Position numbers and translations under genes: made by a program
Shown: one piece after another, positions 41,613 to 51,644 of the stretch
How positions within the stretch are numbered: the stretch's first letter is position 1
Layout: every line of letters begins with the position of its first letter
DNA from: a virus
Virus record (IMG/VR): IMGVR_UViG_3300005731_000013
Coordinates: 103,977-167,976 of that record
Length of the DNA: 64,000 bases
Reading direction: 5' to 3' (one strand)
Notes under the pieces: generated by a model
Databases searched by the model: none
Seen by the model: only the letters and a program-made list of their open reading frames with translations
Told to the model about the DNA's origin: nothing

Positions 41613-41805
41613 TCAATATTCTCCTAATAGGACATATTTGGTGCCAAATGACCATAAATACAATCTGCATTGTAATCAATGCATTAACTGCGTGTTACTG
41701 TCTACACCTATACTTACCAATTTAATTGGCCCAATAGCATAATACAGTTAATTTTGACACTAATTTTTTAATTTTTTGTATCAATATTGATACAATTTAG
41801 TAATT

Positions 41806-42246
41806 TTAAATTCCAAACTGTTTAAAGTTTGGTTTTGTTGTTTTGATATATGTATCTATTGTTGTTCTACCACTCGGCAATGTTTTATTATTCCGTGATT
41901 TCAACATAGATACATTAAAACTTGTAATTTCATTACATAATGACTCAGGCGGGCAAATGGTGTTCAATTCATAAGCACGTTGCAATCTATAATCAGCACG
42001 TTGCAATATAAGATCAGGTTTTGATGTAAACATCGGCATATTTAATTTATGAGAGGGGCGAATATATAAACTACCATTATCGGATAGATAATCAAATATA
42101 ATTGTTGAGTTATGACGGGATGTTAAGAATGAACTATCAAAAATAGAATGAAAATTGAGTAAAACTTCATTCCATTTAGATGTCAATTTTTTCATATAAT
42201 GTGAACGACCAGACCCAATATTATATAATGAAGTAATCAATGTCAT
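41806..42246 (-). CDS. Hypothetical protein
   Basis: 146-aa AT-rich ORF after queE. Confidence 0.5.
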   Translation of the reverse strand: MTLITSLYNIGSGRSHYMKKLTSKWNEVLLNFHSIFDSSFLTSRHNSTIIFDYLSDNGSLYIRPSHKLNMPMFTSKPDLILQRADYRLQRAYELNTICPPESLCNEITSFNVSMLKSRNNKTLPSGRTTIDTYIKTTKPNFKQFGI

Positions 42247-42268
42247 ATCCGATAATAAGTGTAACAGT

Positions 42269-43090
42269 TTAGGCTAGCGCAAGAAAATTATGCATTTGCA
42301 AATTAACACGATAACCATATTTCAATGCATATTGCCCTGCATATTCATGATTGATACGATTAGCATCAGTATCAAATAACCCGCCTTCCCAGAAACTAGC
42401 AACCTCATCAGGAACCAATTTACCATCAGTTGCATCATCTCCTGACAATTCGCCTTCAATTTTGGTTGTTGGGACAGTGTAATATTTGTTTATTGGACTA
42501 ATGTATACACGAGCAGTATCATCTTCTGTAACCCAATCAGGTATATTATGATATACATCAGTTGGGTCAGCATCAATTAAAAATTTCAAAGCATCTGCAT
42601 GTTTATATGCTTTAGGATGAATTTTTTTATATGATGTAGGATTCCCAGCACTATCTTCATTGCATTTAGGTGAGACCACTATGATAGCTCGATCCTCGAT
42701 ACCGTCAACCCATAGCATTCCATTTGTTTCGATTTGGAAATCTAATAGATCTAAATCAGTTTCTCGCATAAAATCAATGAATGATAGGATATTCTTTTGC
42801 AGCATTGGTTCGCCGCCAGTAATCACAATGTTAGATGTAGATACATTCTCAGGTAATTCTTCAGAAATCTTGTCTGCAATTTCTGAGAATGTCATATCAA
42901 CACCTTGCTCGAAAAAGGCATCACAAAAATGACATGTCAAATTACAATGTGATAGGCGAATGAACACCGCAGGTTTCCCCATCAATGGACCTTCGCCTTG
43001 GATTGTGTAAAATATACTTCGAACTTTTAATACGTCAGTAGCATAATCTTTAAAATATTTCCGCCCTGTAATTGCGTTTGCTCCAAACAA
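42269..43090 (-). CDS. queE: 7-carboxy-7-deazaguanine synthase (radical SAM)
   Basis: IFYTIQGEG...G.PAVFIRLSHCNLTCHFCD, ITGGEPMLQ, IETNG, VSPK, NLQMH. TTG start after AGGAG. Confidence 0.92.
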   Translation of the reverse strand: MFGANAITGRKYFKDYATDVLKVRSIFYTIQGEGPLMGKPAVFIRLSHCNLTCHFCDAFFEQGVDMTFSEIADKISEELPENVSTSNIVITGGEPMLQKNILSFIDFMRETDLDLLDFQIETNGMLWVDGIEDRAIIVVSPKCNEDSAGNPTSYKKIHPKAYKHADALKFLIDADPTDVYHNIPDWVTEDDTARVYISPINKYYTVPTTKIEGELSGDDATDGKLVPDEVASFWEGGLFDTDANRINHEYAGQYALKYGYRVNLQMHNFLALA

Positions 43091-43142
43091 TGGAGTCTCC
43101 TTTTTGAACTTGCGATCTTTAAAATGGATCGTCTTTTATTTT

Positions 43143-43388
43143 TTATTTACGCTTATATTGATCTGCGATTTCTGGCCGTGATGGCAAGGTATCTACTTTA
43201 AACAATGATTGGTCAGGAAACATGCTATATTTCAATTCATCTTTAACGTCAGGATCTGCATATACATTTGCAATATCTGCGCGAATTTCATCAGCCAATG
43301 CATGGCAATTAATTTGGCCAGTTTCACCTTCAAATCCTAGCGTAAGGACAACCTGTCCTGCATAAAATAATGTAGTCCAACATGTCAT
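43143..43388 (-). CDS. Hypothetical protein
   Basis: 81 aa; ATGA coupling. Confidence 0.55.
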   Translation of the reverse strand: MTCWTTLFYAGQVVLTLGFEGETGQINCHALADEIRADIANVYADPDVKDELKYSMFPDQSLFKVDTLPSRPEIADQYKRK

Positions 43389-43666
43389 ACTAATAATCCT
43401 TGTAGCTTTGCCATAACTGGCCCTTCATCTATAAATTTTACTTTAACATATAAATCTGAATCAGTCAATGGGGTCTCTTGAAGTGTAAACGATGTTTTTG
43501 AAAAACCATATATATTAATTAACAATCGTTCCGTTGCGCCACGAACTTCGTTAAAAGTAAGTGACAATCGTTGTATATCTTCAGAATGAGCTGGACTAAT
43601 ATATATTGTATTTGGATCCTTTTCACATCGTTGCATCTGTGCAGTAATTATATCTTGATTATCCAT
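43385..43666 (-). CDS. Hypothetical protein
   Basis: 93 aa; overlaps the def end. Confidence 0.55.
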   Translation of the reverse strand: MDNQDIITAQMQRCEKDPNTIYISPAHSEDIQRLSLTFNEVRGATERLLINIYGFSKTSFTLQETPLTDSDLYVKVKFIDEGPVMAKLQGLLV

Positions 43667-44210
43667 TTGCGTTGATCAACCGTCTAGCAGCACGTTGCAT
43701 TCGTTTCTTTTGTTTTTTCCTAGCCAAGTCAAGTTTTGGTTTGCTGACTCGATCAGTGAACATAATACCTTGGAGGTGATCAAATTCATGTAGGAAAACA
43801 CGAGCATCCATGCCATATAAAGTTTCTGTTATGGTATTTCCTGCAACATCTTCCCAGCTAGCAGATACAATGTCAGGACGTTTTATTTTTAAAAACAGTC
43901 CTGGCTCGCTTAGACATCCTTCAGTCATCAATACTTTATCAGCACTCAAATGAACAACTTGTGGATTAAACATGGTGACTATTTGTCCTTGTAACTCTTG
44001 ACAAATTACAGCCACATCCAAATTAATTTGATTTGCAGATAACCCAACACCATTATGTGTTCGCATCAGAGTTGTCATATGTGTTTGAACAGCCTGACGG
44101 TATTCTTTATCAACTTGAAAATAGAATACTTGTTTCTCTAAATTTGGATGAGGGGCATATATTAGTTGGTTAGTAGACAAGTCTGTTTTGTATTGTTGTA
44201 ATGTAGTCAT
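43659..44210 (-). CDS. def: Peptide deformylase
   Basis: Three PDF motifs: GVGLSANQ, EGCLS, HEFDHLQG. Confidence 0.95.
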   Translation of the reverse strand: MTTLQQYKTDLSTNQLIYAPHPNLEKQVFYFQVDKEYRQAVQTHMTTLMRTHNGVGLSANQINLDVAVICQELQGQIVTMFNPQVVHLSADKVLMTEGCLSEPGLFLKIKRPDIVSASWEDVAGNTITETLYGMDARVFLHEFDHLQGIMFTDRVSKPKLDLARKKQKKRMQRAARRLINANG

Positions 44211-44220
44211 AATATACTCT

Positions 44221-44793
44221 TTATTTAGGAATCCAATGATCTAGGCAGCGAGGTTCATACATACCTACGCTGCCGACCAGTACTCGTTCATCTAATGTTT
44301 CGTCATTGCGTTGCGTTTTTGTGGCAGTTCTGCCACAAACAGTGCATATAGATCGAATCTTAGATATATCGTCACTTAATGCAAGTAAAAGTGCAGTAGT
44401 TTCAAATGGGCGGCCTCGGCTATCTTGATCCAGCCCAGCTGCTATAACATTAACCCCATTTGACAACATGGTATTGACATTATCAATAGTTGCATTTTGC
44501 TCCATGAATTGAATTTCATCCAATACCACAGTATGATAATTATATGGCATTAATGTGTAATTGTCAATTACATGGTCCCAGTTTTTCATTGAAAAACATG
44601 GAAAGCTTAATCTATTATGTGTTTCAATATGTGTTGCACTATATCGAGTATCAATATCTGGTTTAATTACCAAAACATTATGATTACAATGTTTAAGCCA
44701 AAGTATTTCTTGTAGTATGGCTGATGTTTTACCAGCATACATAGGTCCGGCGATTGTTTTAAGTTTTCCTATTGTCAACAGGTTCCTCGTCAT
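44221..44793 (-). CDS. tdk: Thymidine kinase
   Basis: GPMYAGKTS, IDTRY, LDEIQF, AGLDQD...PF, CTVCG...YEPRC. Confidence 0.95.
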   Translation of the reverse strand: MTRNLLTIGKLKTIAGPMYAGKTSAILQEILWLKHCNHNVLVIKPDIDTRYSATHIETHNRLSFPCFSMKNWDHVIDNYTLMPYNYHTVVLDEIQFMEQNATIDNVNTMLSNGVNVIAAGLDQDSRGRPFETTALLLALSDDISKIRSICTVCGRTATKTQRNDETLDERVLVGSVGMYEPRCLDHWIPK

Positions 44794-44992
44794 TTAAATC
44801 ATTCAATTCATTTTGAATTTCAGCTCTTATTTGTGCTGTTGCATTTTCGATATATAACATTTTTTCAGACATTACATCTAAAATTTCCGTCAGAATATCC
44901 ATTTGCTCGTTTAAGTCGTTGAATTTGTCATGTAACTTTTGATCTTTATTTGTGGTCATTAGTGGGCCAACTTTATTGTTTGTGATCGTCAT
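44759..44992 (-). CDS. Small coiled-coil protein
   Basis: Heptad-like acidic helix; start uncertain. Confidence 0.5.
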   Translation of the reverse strand: MTITNNKVGPLMTTNKDQKLHDKFNDLNEQMDILTEILDVMSEKMLYIENATAQIRAEIQNELNDLNDEEPVDNRKT

Positions 44993-45057
44993 CTAGACGA
45001 TTTTATTGCAATATTACTTATTACATTACTTAAAGTTGCATTCGATCAAAATGTATA

Positions 45058-45080
45058 TGGTGCTGCATAATACAGCACCA
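45058..45080 (-). terminator. Stem-loop after folE (possible terminator)
   Basis: TGGTGCTG-N7-CAGCACCA just past the folE stop; weak U-tract. Confidence 0.5.
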
Positions 45081-45091
45081 CATGATTTATT

Positions 45092-45769
45092 TTATTTGTT
45101 TGAATTTACAATACTCATAAATTCGCCACGCAACGAGGCATCAGTTTTAAATGCGCCACCTAGCTTGCTTGTCACAGTGCTAGACCCAGTGTCTTCTACG
45201 CCACGGCTTTTAACGCAATAATGTGATGCATCTACAACCACTGCAACATTATCTGTGCCAAGAATATACTGCAATGCATGATATACTTGTTCAGTCAAAC
45301 GTTCTTGAATTTGAGGTCGTTTTGCGAAATATTCAACAACACGGTTGATTTTACTTAATCCCAATACTTTATCTTCTGGGATATATCCAACAGTAGCCAA
45401 ACCATCAATTACAACAAAATGGTGTTCACAATTTGATTGCACATTGATATTTCGTTCAATTACCATTTCGTCATATTTCATTTTATTTGCAACGGCTGTG
45501 CATTTAGGAAACGCTTCATAATCAAGCCCCCAAAAGATTTCGTTGACATACATTTTTGCTACTCGCTTAGGAGTTTCTACTAGACTGTCATCATTAAGAT
45601 CTAGTCCAAGGAGTGTCATAATTTGAGTGAAATGTTTTTCGATTTCAGTGATCTTTTCAGTTCGGTTCAGGTCACTGTCAATTGTTGGAGTCTCTACTCC
45701 ACATTCCACTAAATGTTTGTGAATTTGTTTACCCAACTCAGGGTCAGTTTTATTTTTATTAAATGCCAT
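45092..45769 (-). CDS. folE: GTP cyclohydrolase I
   Basis: [41 protein letters not shown]. Confidence 0.97.
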   Translation of the reverse strand: MAFNKNKTDPELGKQIHKHLVECGVETPTIDSDLNRTEKITEIEKHFTQIMTLLGLDLNDDSLVETPKRVAKMYVNEIFWGLDYEAFPKCTAVANKMKYDEMVIERNINVQSNCEHHFVVIDGLATVGYIPEDKVLGLSKINRVVEYFAKRPQIQERLTEQVYHALQYILGTDNVAVVVDASHYCVKSRGVEDTGSSTVTSKLGGAFKTDASLRGEFMSIVNSNK

Positions 45770-45840
45770 AATTTATTCCTTCCTTACACGGTATATGGTT
45801 TTTATATGTTGTTACCTTTGTGTAACAACTCTATTTATGA

Positions 45841-46851
45841 TTAGACTTTTATAATATGTGATTTACTATCAGTAAAATTGATAGAAATCACATTATTAGA
45901 TCCAAACTCATTTTTAAATTCTGGGATCAAAGCAGGATCTAATAAGAACATGACAAACCCGCCGCCACCAGCACCGAGTAATTTGCCGCCATATGCGCCC
46001 ATATCCATGCCCGTATTATATATATCATCAACAGTTGTATTTGTCACGCCATTACTTAAATTTTTCTTCAACGACCACCCTTGGTTGAGTAAGTTGCCTA
46101 ATTCTTTCATGACTTCCATATCGTCACTATCACGTTCTAAGATTGATTTGCCTTCAGCTGCCATATCATACATTGTACTTAGATATGATGCATTTGATCC
46201 TTGTTTGGTATGTTCGATTTGTTCAGATAAAATATTACTTGCATGGCGCACAATATCAGTATACACTAATATCATGCAACTATTTAATGTTGCTGCTCGT
46301 GATGCCGATAATTCTAGAGGTTGGCGGGCAATATCAATTTGATCATTATTCATTGCAAAATCATATCGTGCTAAGCCTCCATATGCTGCATGAGTTTGAT
46401 CTTGAACCCCAACATTTTCATTCAAAATATCTCGTTCTAAACGAATGGCATCAATCGCCAAGGTTTCTGCATTAGATACTGCATCATTATGTTTGAGTTG
46501 ATTGATCAAATTAATAAATCCAACTGTAAAACTAGATGAACTACCGAGGCCTGTCCCACCAGGAAGATCACTCACAGTATAAAATCCAGTTGGAACATCA
46601 TATTTGTGTTCACGCAAGACTTCACGAATGACTGGATGTGAGATTTCATCAATAGTGTCACAATCTTCAACAACACGATAACTGACTCGATATTTTTGCA
46701 TTGCAAATGGAGCCAAATCTGTCGCAGTAGTATATATATATTTGTCAATTGTGCCGCCTAATACTGCGCTAGGATTATTTTGAAAATATTCAGGATAATC
46801 TGTCCCGCCACCAAAAAAACTAACTCGTAATGGGGTTTTACTTATATACAT
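45841..46851 (-). CDS. hddA: GHMP kinase, D-glycero-alpha-D-manno-heptose-7-phosphate 1-kinase-like
   Basis: SKTPLRVSFFGGGTDYP, PGGTGLGSSSS, GVQDQ..AAYGG, GGKLLGAGGGGF; adjacent to gmhA and the gmhB domain. Confidence 0.85.
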   Translation of the reverse strand: MYISKTPLRVSFFGGGTDYPEYFQNNPSAVLGGTIDKYIYTTATDLAPFAMQKYRVSYRVVEDCDTIDEISHPVIREVLREHKYDVPTGFYTVSDLPGGTGLGSSSSFTVGFINLINQLKHNDAVSNAETLAIDAIRLERDILNENVGVQDQTHAAYGGLARYDFAMNNDQIDIARQPLELSASRAATLNSCMILVYTDIVRHASNILSEQIEHTKQGSNASYLSTMYDMAAEGKSILERDSDDMEVMKELGNLLNQGWSLKKNLSNGVTNTTVDDIYNTGMDMGAYGGKLLGAGGGGFVMFLLDPALIPEFKNEFGSNNVISINFTDSKSHIIKV

Positions 46852-48010
46852 TGTTAATTAAATCCTTAAAGCTTTCGAAGATGTTACCTCCGTTAAATTT
46901 GTATCCTGCTATACCTGCATTATTCGCAGCTTGAACATCTATATCTTTATCACCAATCATAAAACTATGATCAATATCAATATTCCATTCAACAAACAAT
47001 TCATTGAGCATACCAGCATTTGGTTTACGTCTAGGGCCATCTTTATCAATACAATATTTGATGCCATCTATATGTCCGCCAACCTTACATAAATTATACT
47101 GCATTTCTCTAAAGAAATCAAGAACATAGTGCTCATTAAAATGACCTTTACTGACACCAGCTTGATTAGATACAATGAATACATAATATCCTGCTTGATT
47201 TGCAGCCAATATAAGTTCTTTAGCCCCATCAATCCATCGCAAATCATCTGGCAGATGAGTATAACCATCATCATGATTTAACGTTCCATCTCTATCTAAA
47301 AACAAGGCAGGCCGCTTGATATGCGATATCAATTCTGTTTGTGCTAATGCATAATCGTCAGGCACACCAATATCAATGAAATATGCGTCTGCATCACAGA
47401 ATGACGCTTGCATTTGATGATCGTGTGCCACTTTGGGCATGATATCATTTTCTAAGGAAATGAATGTATTTGTTGGCAAATCGTGAAGTATACTTTTGCA
47501 AATAGTGTAAACACCACCATTTATATAATTAGGTGTAGCAATATCATCACGTTGGACAAAATTTGTAATCAGGTTACCGTCGAGTTGCAATGTATCATAT
47601 CTAGATGCATTTTTTACATGCCTTACGGCAACTATCATACCAGCCTTAACAGGTGACATCATGCTGGTTAAATCGACATCTAACCAGCTATCGCCATTGC
47701 GGACAAGAAAAAAATCATCCAAATAATCAAGCGCATTTACTAATCCGCCGCCCGTGCCCAATGGAGTATTTTCAATGATTACTTTTATTGTAGCATGGTT
47801 CATTTTTTTATTATGATAATAGTTATAAATTTTGTCGCCCAAATGCCCTGCCAACAAAATTATTTCTTCAAAACCATAACGAACAGTATCTTGAATAAGA
47901 TAATCTAAGAATGGCTTTCCTGCTACATCAAGAAATGGTTTGGGTGTGTTCGCTGTTAAATCACCCAAACGTGTTCCTTTGCCGCCACATAATATGACAG
48001 CTTGTTTCAA
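46838..48010 (-). CDS. Fused heptose-1-phosphate nucleotidyltransferase (HddC-like) and heptose-1,7-bisphosphate phosphatase (GmhB-like)
   Basis: N-terminal LCGGKGTRL...PKP, PLGTGGG, NGDS, FIDIGVPDDY; C-terminal HAD FLDRDGTLN, SNQAG, RKPNAGM, IGDKDID. Confidence 0.88.
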   Translation of the reverse strand: MKQAVILCGGKGTRLGDLTANTPKPFLDVAGKPFLDYLIQDTVRYGFEEIILLAGHLGDKIYNYYHNKKMNHATIKVIIENTPLGTGGGLVNALDYLDDFFLVRNGDSWLDVDLTSMMSPVKAGMIVAVRHVKNASRYDTLQLDGNLITNFVQRDDIATPNYINGGVYTICKSILHDLPTNTFISLENDIMPKVAHDHQMQASFCDADAYFIDIGVPDDYALAQTELISHIKRPALFLDRDGTLNHDDGYTHLPDDLRWIDGAKELILAANQAGYYVFIVSNQAGVSKGHFNEHYVLDFFREMQYNLCKVGGHIDGIKYCIDKDGPRRKPNAGMLNELFVEWNIDIDHSFMIGDKDIDVQAANNAGIAGYKFNGGNIFESFKDLINNVYK

Positions 48011-48567
48011 AATAATGCATCCTCAATAATGGCACAAATCAAATGACCAATTGTGATATGGCATTCTTGAATATGATTAGTTTTATCACTTGGGGCTTTG
48101 ATCATATAATCTGATAATTCATCCAATGCACCAATATTCATACCAGTCAAACCAACAGTATGAATTCCCATTCTTCGAGCAGTCTCGAATGAGTTAATAA
48201 CATTTTTACTATTTCCACTGGTTGACAATCCAATCAAAACATCACCCAATGTTCCAATACCTGACAATTGTCTAGCAAAAACTTCATCATACCCATAGTC
48301 ATTACCAATAGCAGTTAATGCAGAAGTATCTACAGTCAATGCAATAGCAGGCAATGGTTGACGATCTTTCAAAAATCGTCCCATCAGTTCAGCTGCAAGG
48401 TGTTGTGAATCTGCTGCACTACCACCATTACCACAAAAGATTACTTTATTGCCGTTATCTAATGCTTTAATGCAAATATCAGCGACTTTTTGAATATCTG
48501 TTTCAAGTTCTGATAATTTACCAATAGTTTGTTCTGTTGTCTTGATATAATTTTTAATATCAATCAT
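48007..48567 (-). CDS. gmhA: Phosphoheptose (sedoheptulose-7-phosphate) isomerase
   Basis: CGNGGSAADSQHLAAEL, TAIGNDYGY, STSGNSKN, IQECH. Confidence 0.95.
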   Translation of the reverse strand: MIDIKNYIKTTEQTIGKLSELETDIQKVADICIKALDNGNKVIFCGNGGSAADSQHLAAELMGRFLKDRQPLPAIALTVDTSALTAIGNDYGYDEVFARQLSGIGTLGDVLIGLSTSGNSKNVINSFETARRMGIHTVGLTGMNIGALDELSDYMIKAPSDKTNHIQECHITIGHLICAIIEDALF

Positions 48568-49628
48568 TTTGTTTTCCTTACCATATTTTCAATCATAATG
48601 TTAGGTGAAATATATTTTTGAATTTTTGTGATCTGTTTCGATAGCAATGCATCATAATAATCATAGTTATCAATTTTATCTTGAATGAATGCAATAATAT
48701 CATCTTTGTGCTTATCATAAGCATCAAATGATGTTGTCCATTCACTCGGATATTTAAATTCATCAAAATAAATTTCACTATAAGCACAACGATCAGGAAC
48801 AATAGGAATACATCCAACTAACGAACCTTCAATCATACTCATACCTAGATTCTCATGTAATGAACAACTGAAAACAATTTTACTTGATGCAAGTTTTGCA
48901 TAATATTCATCTTTTGATAATTGATGTTTTTGTGTGATGAATACGTCGAATATATCACTTAAATCTTCTGCAATTTCAGGTTGTTTGTCATCATTATAAC
49001 GGTGTGGCCACATAATAGTATCAGTTTTAGTTGTTGTATTGTATTTAGACAAAATGTCAAAAAGATACATATATGGCTGTCCACTGAATACAGCCCTATG
49101 ATGAAATTCAGAAGAAATATTTAAATTCGTTAGGAACATATCACGATGAAATTCACTAGCAAAGTAAGTTGCATCACAAGCATAAAATAAACTGCGTTCA
49201 AAATCATGAGGCCATTCCTCTCGCATTTTATAACCTAAAATGTCACTTGGGTCATATGCACCAGCATGTGCAATGCTATGAATTTTCCAGTTTGTCCCCA
49301 TCAAATCACGCATATACGCAATTTGGATGATTACAGGATTCCAAAAATCTGTAAACAAAAATACAGCGTCATCTGCCACATTACCAGCCTCAAATAATTT
49401 GACAAACTCAAGAACTTGTGAACTTTTCCAATAATTTGTATCAGTAAAATTCAAGAATGCACCACTTGTTGTTGTTTGTGAGTTCTGTTGCCCAGCAATT
49501 GAATAGACAGTGCCGCTATCACCAACACTGTCTAAATAATTTTGGATATAAACAGGAACCTCATCAAACCATTGTTTGGTGTAGCGAGCATCTAATGGCT
49601 CCAATGGAAAAATAATAATGTCTGTCAT
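48564..49628 (-). CDS. Glycosyltransferase, GT-B fold (GT4-like)
   Basis: WPHRYNDDKQPE (R/K donor-binding) and SLHENLGMSMIEG (ExxGxxxxE); immediately downstream of the TGT-like gene. Confidence 0.8.
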   Translation of the reverse strand: MTDIIIFPLEPLDARYTKQWFDEVPVYIQNYLDSVGDSGTVYSIAGQQNSQTTTSGAFLNFTDTNYWKSSQVLEFVKLFEAGNVADDAVFLFTDFWNPVIIQIAYMRDLMGTNWKIHSIAHAGAYDPSDILGYKMREEWPHDFERSLFYACDATYFASEFHRDMFLTNLNISSEFHHRAVFSGQPYMYLFDILSKYNTTTKTDTIMWPHRYNDDKQPEIAEDLSDIFDVFITQKHQLSKDEYYAKLASSKIVFSCSLHENLGMSMIEGSLVGCIPIVPDRCAYSEIYFDEFKYPSEWTTSFDAYDKHKDDIIAFIQDKIDNYDYYDALLSKQITKIQKYISPNIMIENMVRKTK

Positions 49629-49636
49629 AATATTCC

Positions 49637-51202
49637 TTATTTAAAATCGAATAGATTGTTTACAATAGCAGTTGTGTCACGATATCCTTTAACAATACTT
49701 TGGCTATCTAAATACTCTGCTGCACTATCAATTACATCCATTGGCGTTTCACTAGTCAATGCATCTTCAATAATCTGATTTGTGACTAGAATATCTGATT
49801 TAGTCCAATGGTCAAGAATAACAGATTTCAATTTATTTTTTCTGTTCTTCTTCAATTGCATGTAATCTTGTAATTCAATACCGTCAAATGTTTTGCGTGA
49901 TAAATCAACTGTTTGGTTCACTTGCTGCAATGTTTCAATAGTCTTATATACATTATGTGCCATCACATAAAGATATGTTGACGTATCCCAACTAGTTCTG
50001 CCGACCTTGTTGATTTTATTTTTAGTTCCCTGTGACTCCCACAACTCTGCATCATTAAGCAACTCTTTATCACGCAATGCGTCAGATAAATTGAATTCTT
50101 CTTCAATATCCAATAGGTGGTGATGATTTTCTTGTTGCTTGCGAATCCAAGCCTCTTTTAATGCCTCTGCATTTGGAACACCATGTTCATATACACATAG
50201 ATCTCCAGCTGTCAGACGTTGATAGATAGGGCTCATATTAGGCATTGGAATATCACTCCCCGCATACCGCTTATCATCAACAACCGCATTTGAACTTGCA
50301 ATGAATTTTTCATTGTTCAGCAAAATATTATTATAATGTTGCCCCTTAGTGGCCATAATAAATGCGCTTGCTGCATCATAACTTACATTAATGTCAGGGT
50401 TTACAGTGTTTCTCAAAACACGTTGGATCGTAGTATAATAGCTTGCATATTCAACACGACTAACTCCGAGATAATGTAGCCAATCTTGTTCGCCTTGTTG
50501 CATGAGATTATGGTCTCTCATCCATACCAACAATTTAAGAATAACAACTAAATTTTTACTTGTTGATCCTCCGAAACCGAAACCATCAAATGCATAATCT
50601 TTGACATGATCAAACCAATATTTGGCCTCGTCAACAGTTCGTCCTTGCATAGAATTTAGAAATTTAGTCTGATATTTACGATGCTTTAGAAACCATTCAT
50701 TATTGAATTTTGTATAATCCAAACATTGATCAAAACTGGTAATTCCATTTCTTGAACTATATGGTTCACTAGCAGCAAGCGTTGGAATATCGAGTGTCAT
50801 ACTATAATCGGCAGTATGTTCAAGCCAATTCAAAATCTTATGACGAGTGTCATCATTTGTATAAAAATTGTCCCAATCTTGCTTTAGGATACCTGTAATG
50901 ATCTGGAATCCGCCTGAGTCGCCCAAAATAAAGCTATGATTGCGATCACGTTGCTGCACCATTGCTTCTTCAATATCACTTTTTGCAGTATCGAGTTGAG
51001 CATGACCAGCTGAATAGAGACCATATTTGTAACTGAAATAATTATCTTTTGGTTTTAAAAAATCAAGCCCATCGAGTCCTAGTTCAAATCCTGGCGGGCA
51101 CCGTGTATCAGAATTGGCGAGTGTGCCTGTGTAAAAGCCACTGATACTTGGCATAAAGATGCTATAATCTTTTTGGCTGGTATTGAAATCAACCTGCATC
51201 AT
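49637..51202 (-). CDS. tRNA/DNA-guanine transglycosylase-fold protein (DpdA-like)
   Basis: GDSGGFQ, MTLDIP, GFGFGG, HYLG and SYDAAS match the TGT substrate/catalytic Asp motifs. No CxCxxC Zn site. Clustered with folE, queD-like and queE. Confidence 0.75.
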   Translation of the reverse strand: MMQVDFNTSQKDYSIFMPSISGFYTGTLANSDTRCPPGFELGLDGLDFLKPKDNYFSYKYGLYSAGHAQLDTAKSDIEEAMVQQRDRNHSFILGDSGGFQIITGILKQDWDNFYTNDDTRHKILNWLEHTADYSMTLDIPTLAASEPYSSRNGITSFDQCLDYTKFNNEWFLKHRKYQTKFLNSMQGRTVDEAKYWFDHVKDYAFDGFGFGGSTSKNLVVILKLLVWMRDHNLMQQGEQDWLHYLGVSRVEYASYYTTIQRVLRNTVNPDINVSYDAASAFIMATKGQHYNNILLNNEKFIASSNAVVDDKRYAGSDIPMPNMSPIYQRLTAGDLCVYEHGVPNAEALKEAWIRKQQENHHHLLDIEEEFNLSDALRDKELLNDAELWESQGTKNKINKVGRTSWDTSTYLYVMAHNVYKTIETLQQVNQTVDLSRKTFDGIELQDYMQLKKNRKNKLKSVILDHWTKSDILVTNQIIEDALTSETPMDVIDSAAEYLDSQSIVKGYRDTTAIVNNLFDFK

Positions 51203-51266
51203 TTTATTATTCTCCTGATAATATCTATCGAATGATCAAATAATATTGCCCTCGATTTATCTAATG

Positions 51267-51319
51267 ATTATAGCAGGTTAGCAAACCTACGTCAAGTAAA
51301 TTTATTAACCTGCTATAAT
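51267..51319. promoter_or_regulatory. sigma70 promoter for the TGT-like operon, inside a 14-bp inverted repeat
   Basis: - strand TTGACG-N17-TATAAT with extended TG; ATTATAGCAGGTTA (51267-51280) / TAACCTGCTATAAT (51306-51319). Confidence 0.7.
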
Positions 51320-51331
51320 GTATAATTTTAA

Positions 51332-51610
51332 TTAGGCTGGATAGTTTTGAAACATGCCTACATGGATTTTTAGTTTTTTGGGACTACGCATAGGTGACAT
51401 ACGAATATTAATGTCAAATGTATATGCATTTGGACGATTTGTAATGTCAATGCTGAAGTCATAAATCAGCTTTTCTTTTTGAAGATCATTCAAATACGCA
51501 ACAAATAGTTTACGAACTGGCAACGCTGTCCGTCGTTCTAGAATACCGTCCCAAGGCTCGATAATTTTGAGCAAGTCGTATTTGATGTCATTAAGGCTGA
51601 TGTTGTTCAT
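51332..51610 (-). CDS. Hypothetical protein
   Basis: 92 aa; AAGGA SD; between the queD-like and TGT-like genes. Confidence 0.7.
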   Translation of the reverse strand: MNNISLNDIKYDLLKIIEPWDGILERRTALPVRKLFVAYLNDLQKEKLIYDFSIDITNRPNAYTFDINIRMSPMRSPKKLKIHVGMFQNYPA

Positions 51611-51644
51611 TTGTTTTTATCCTTATTAAACAAAGTGGTTAATA

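Noticed and set aside
45841-48567. Heptose genes as host LPS contamination or a chimeric assembly
   Set aside because: They are translationally coupled to phage-type neighbours, have similar AT content, and lack other LPS genes or mobile-element borders.
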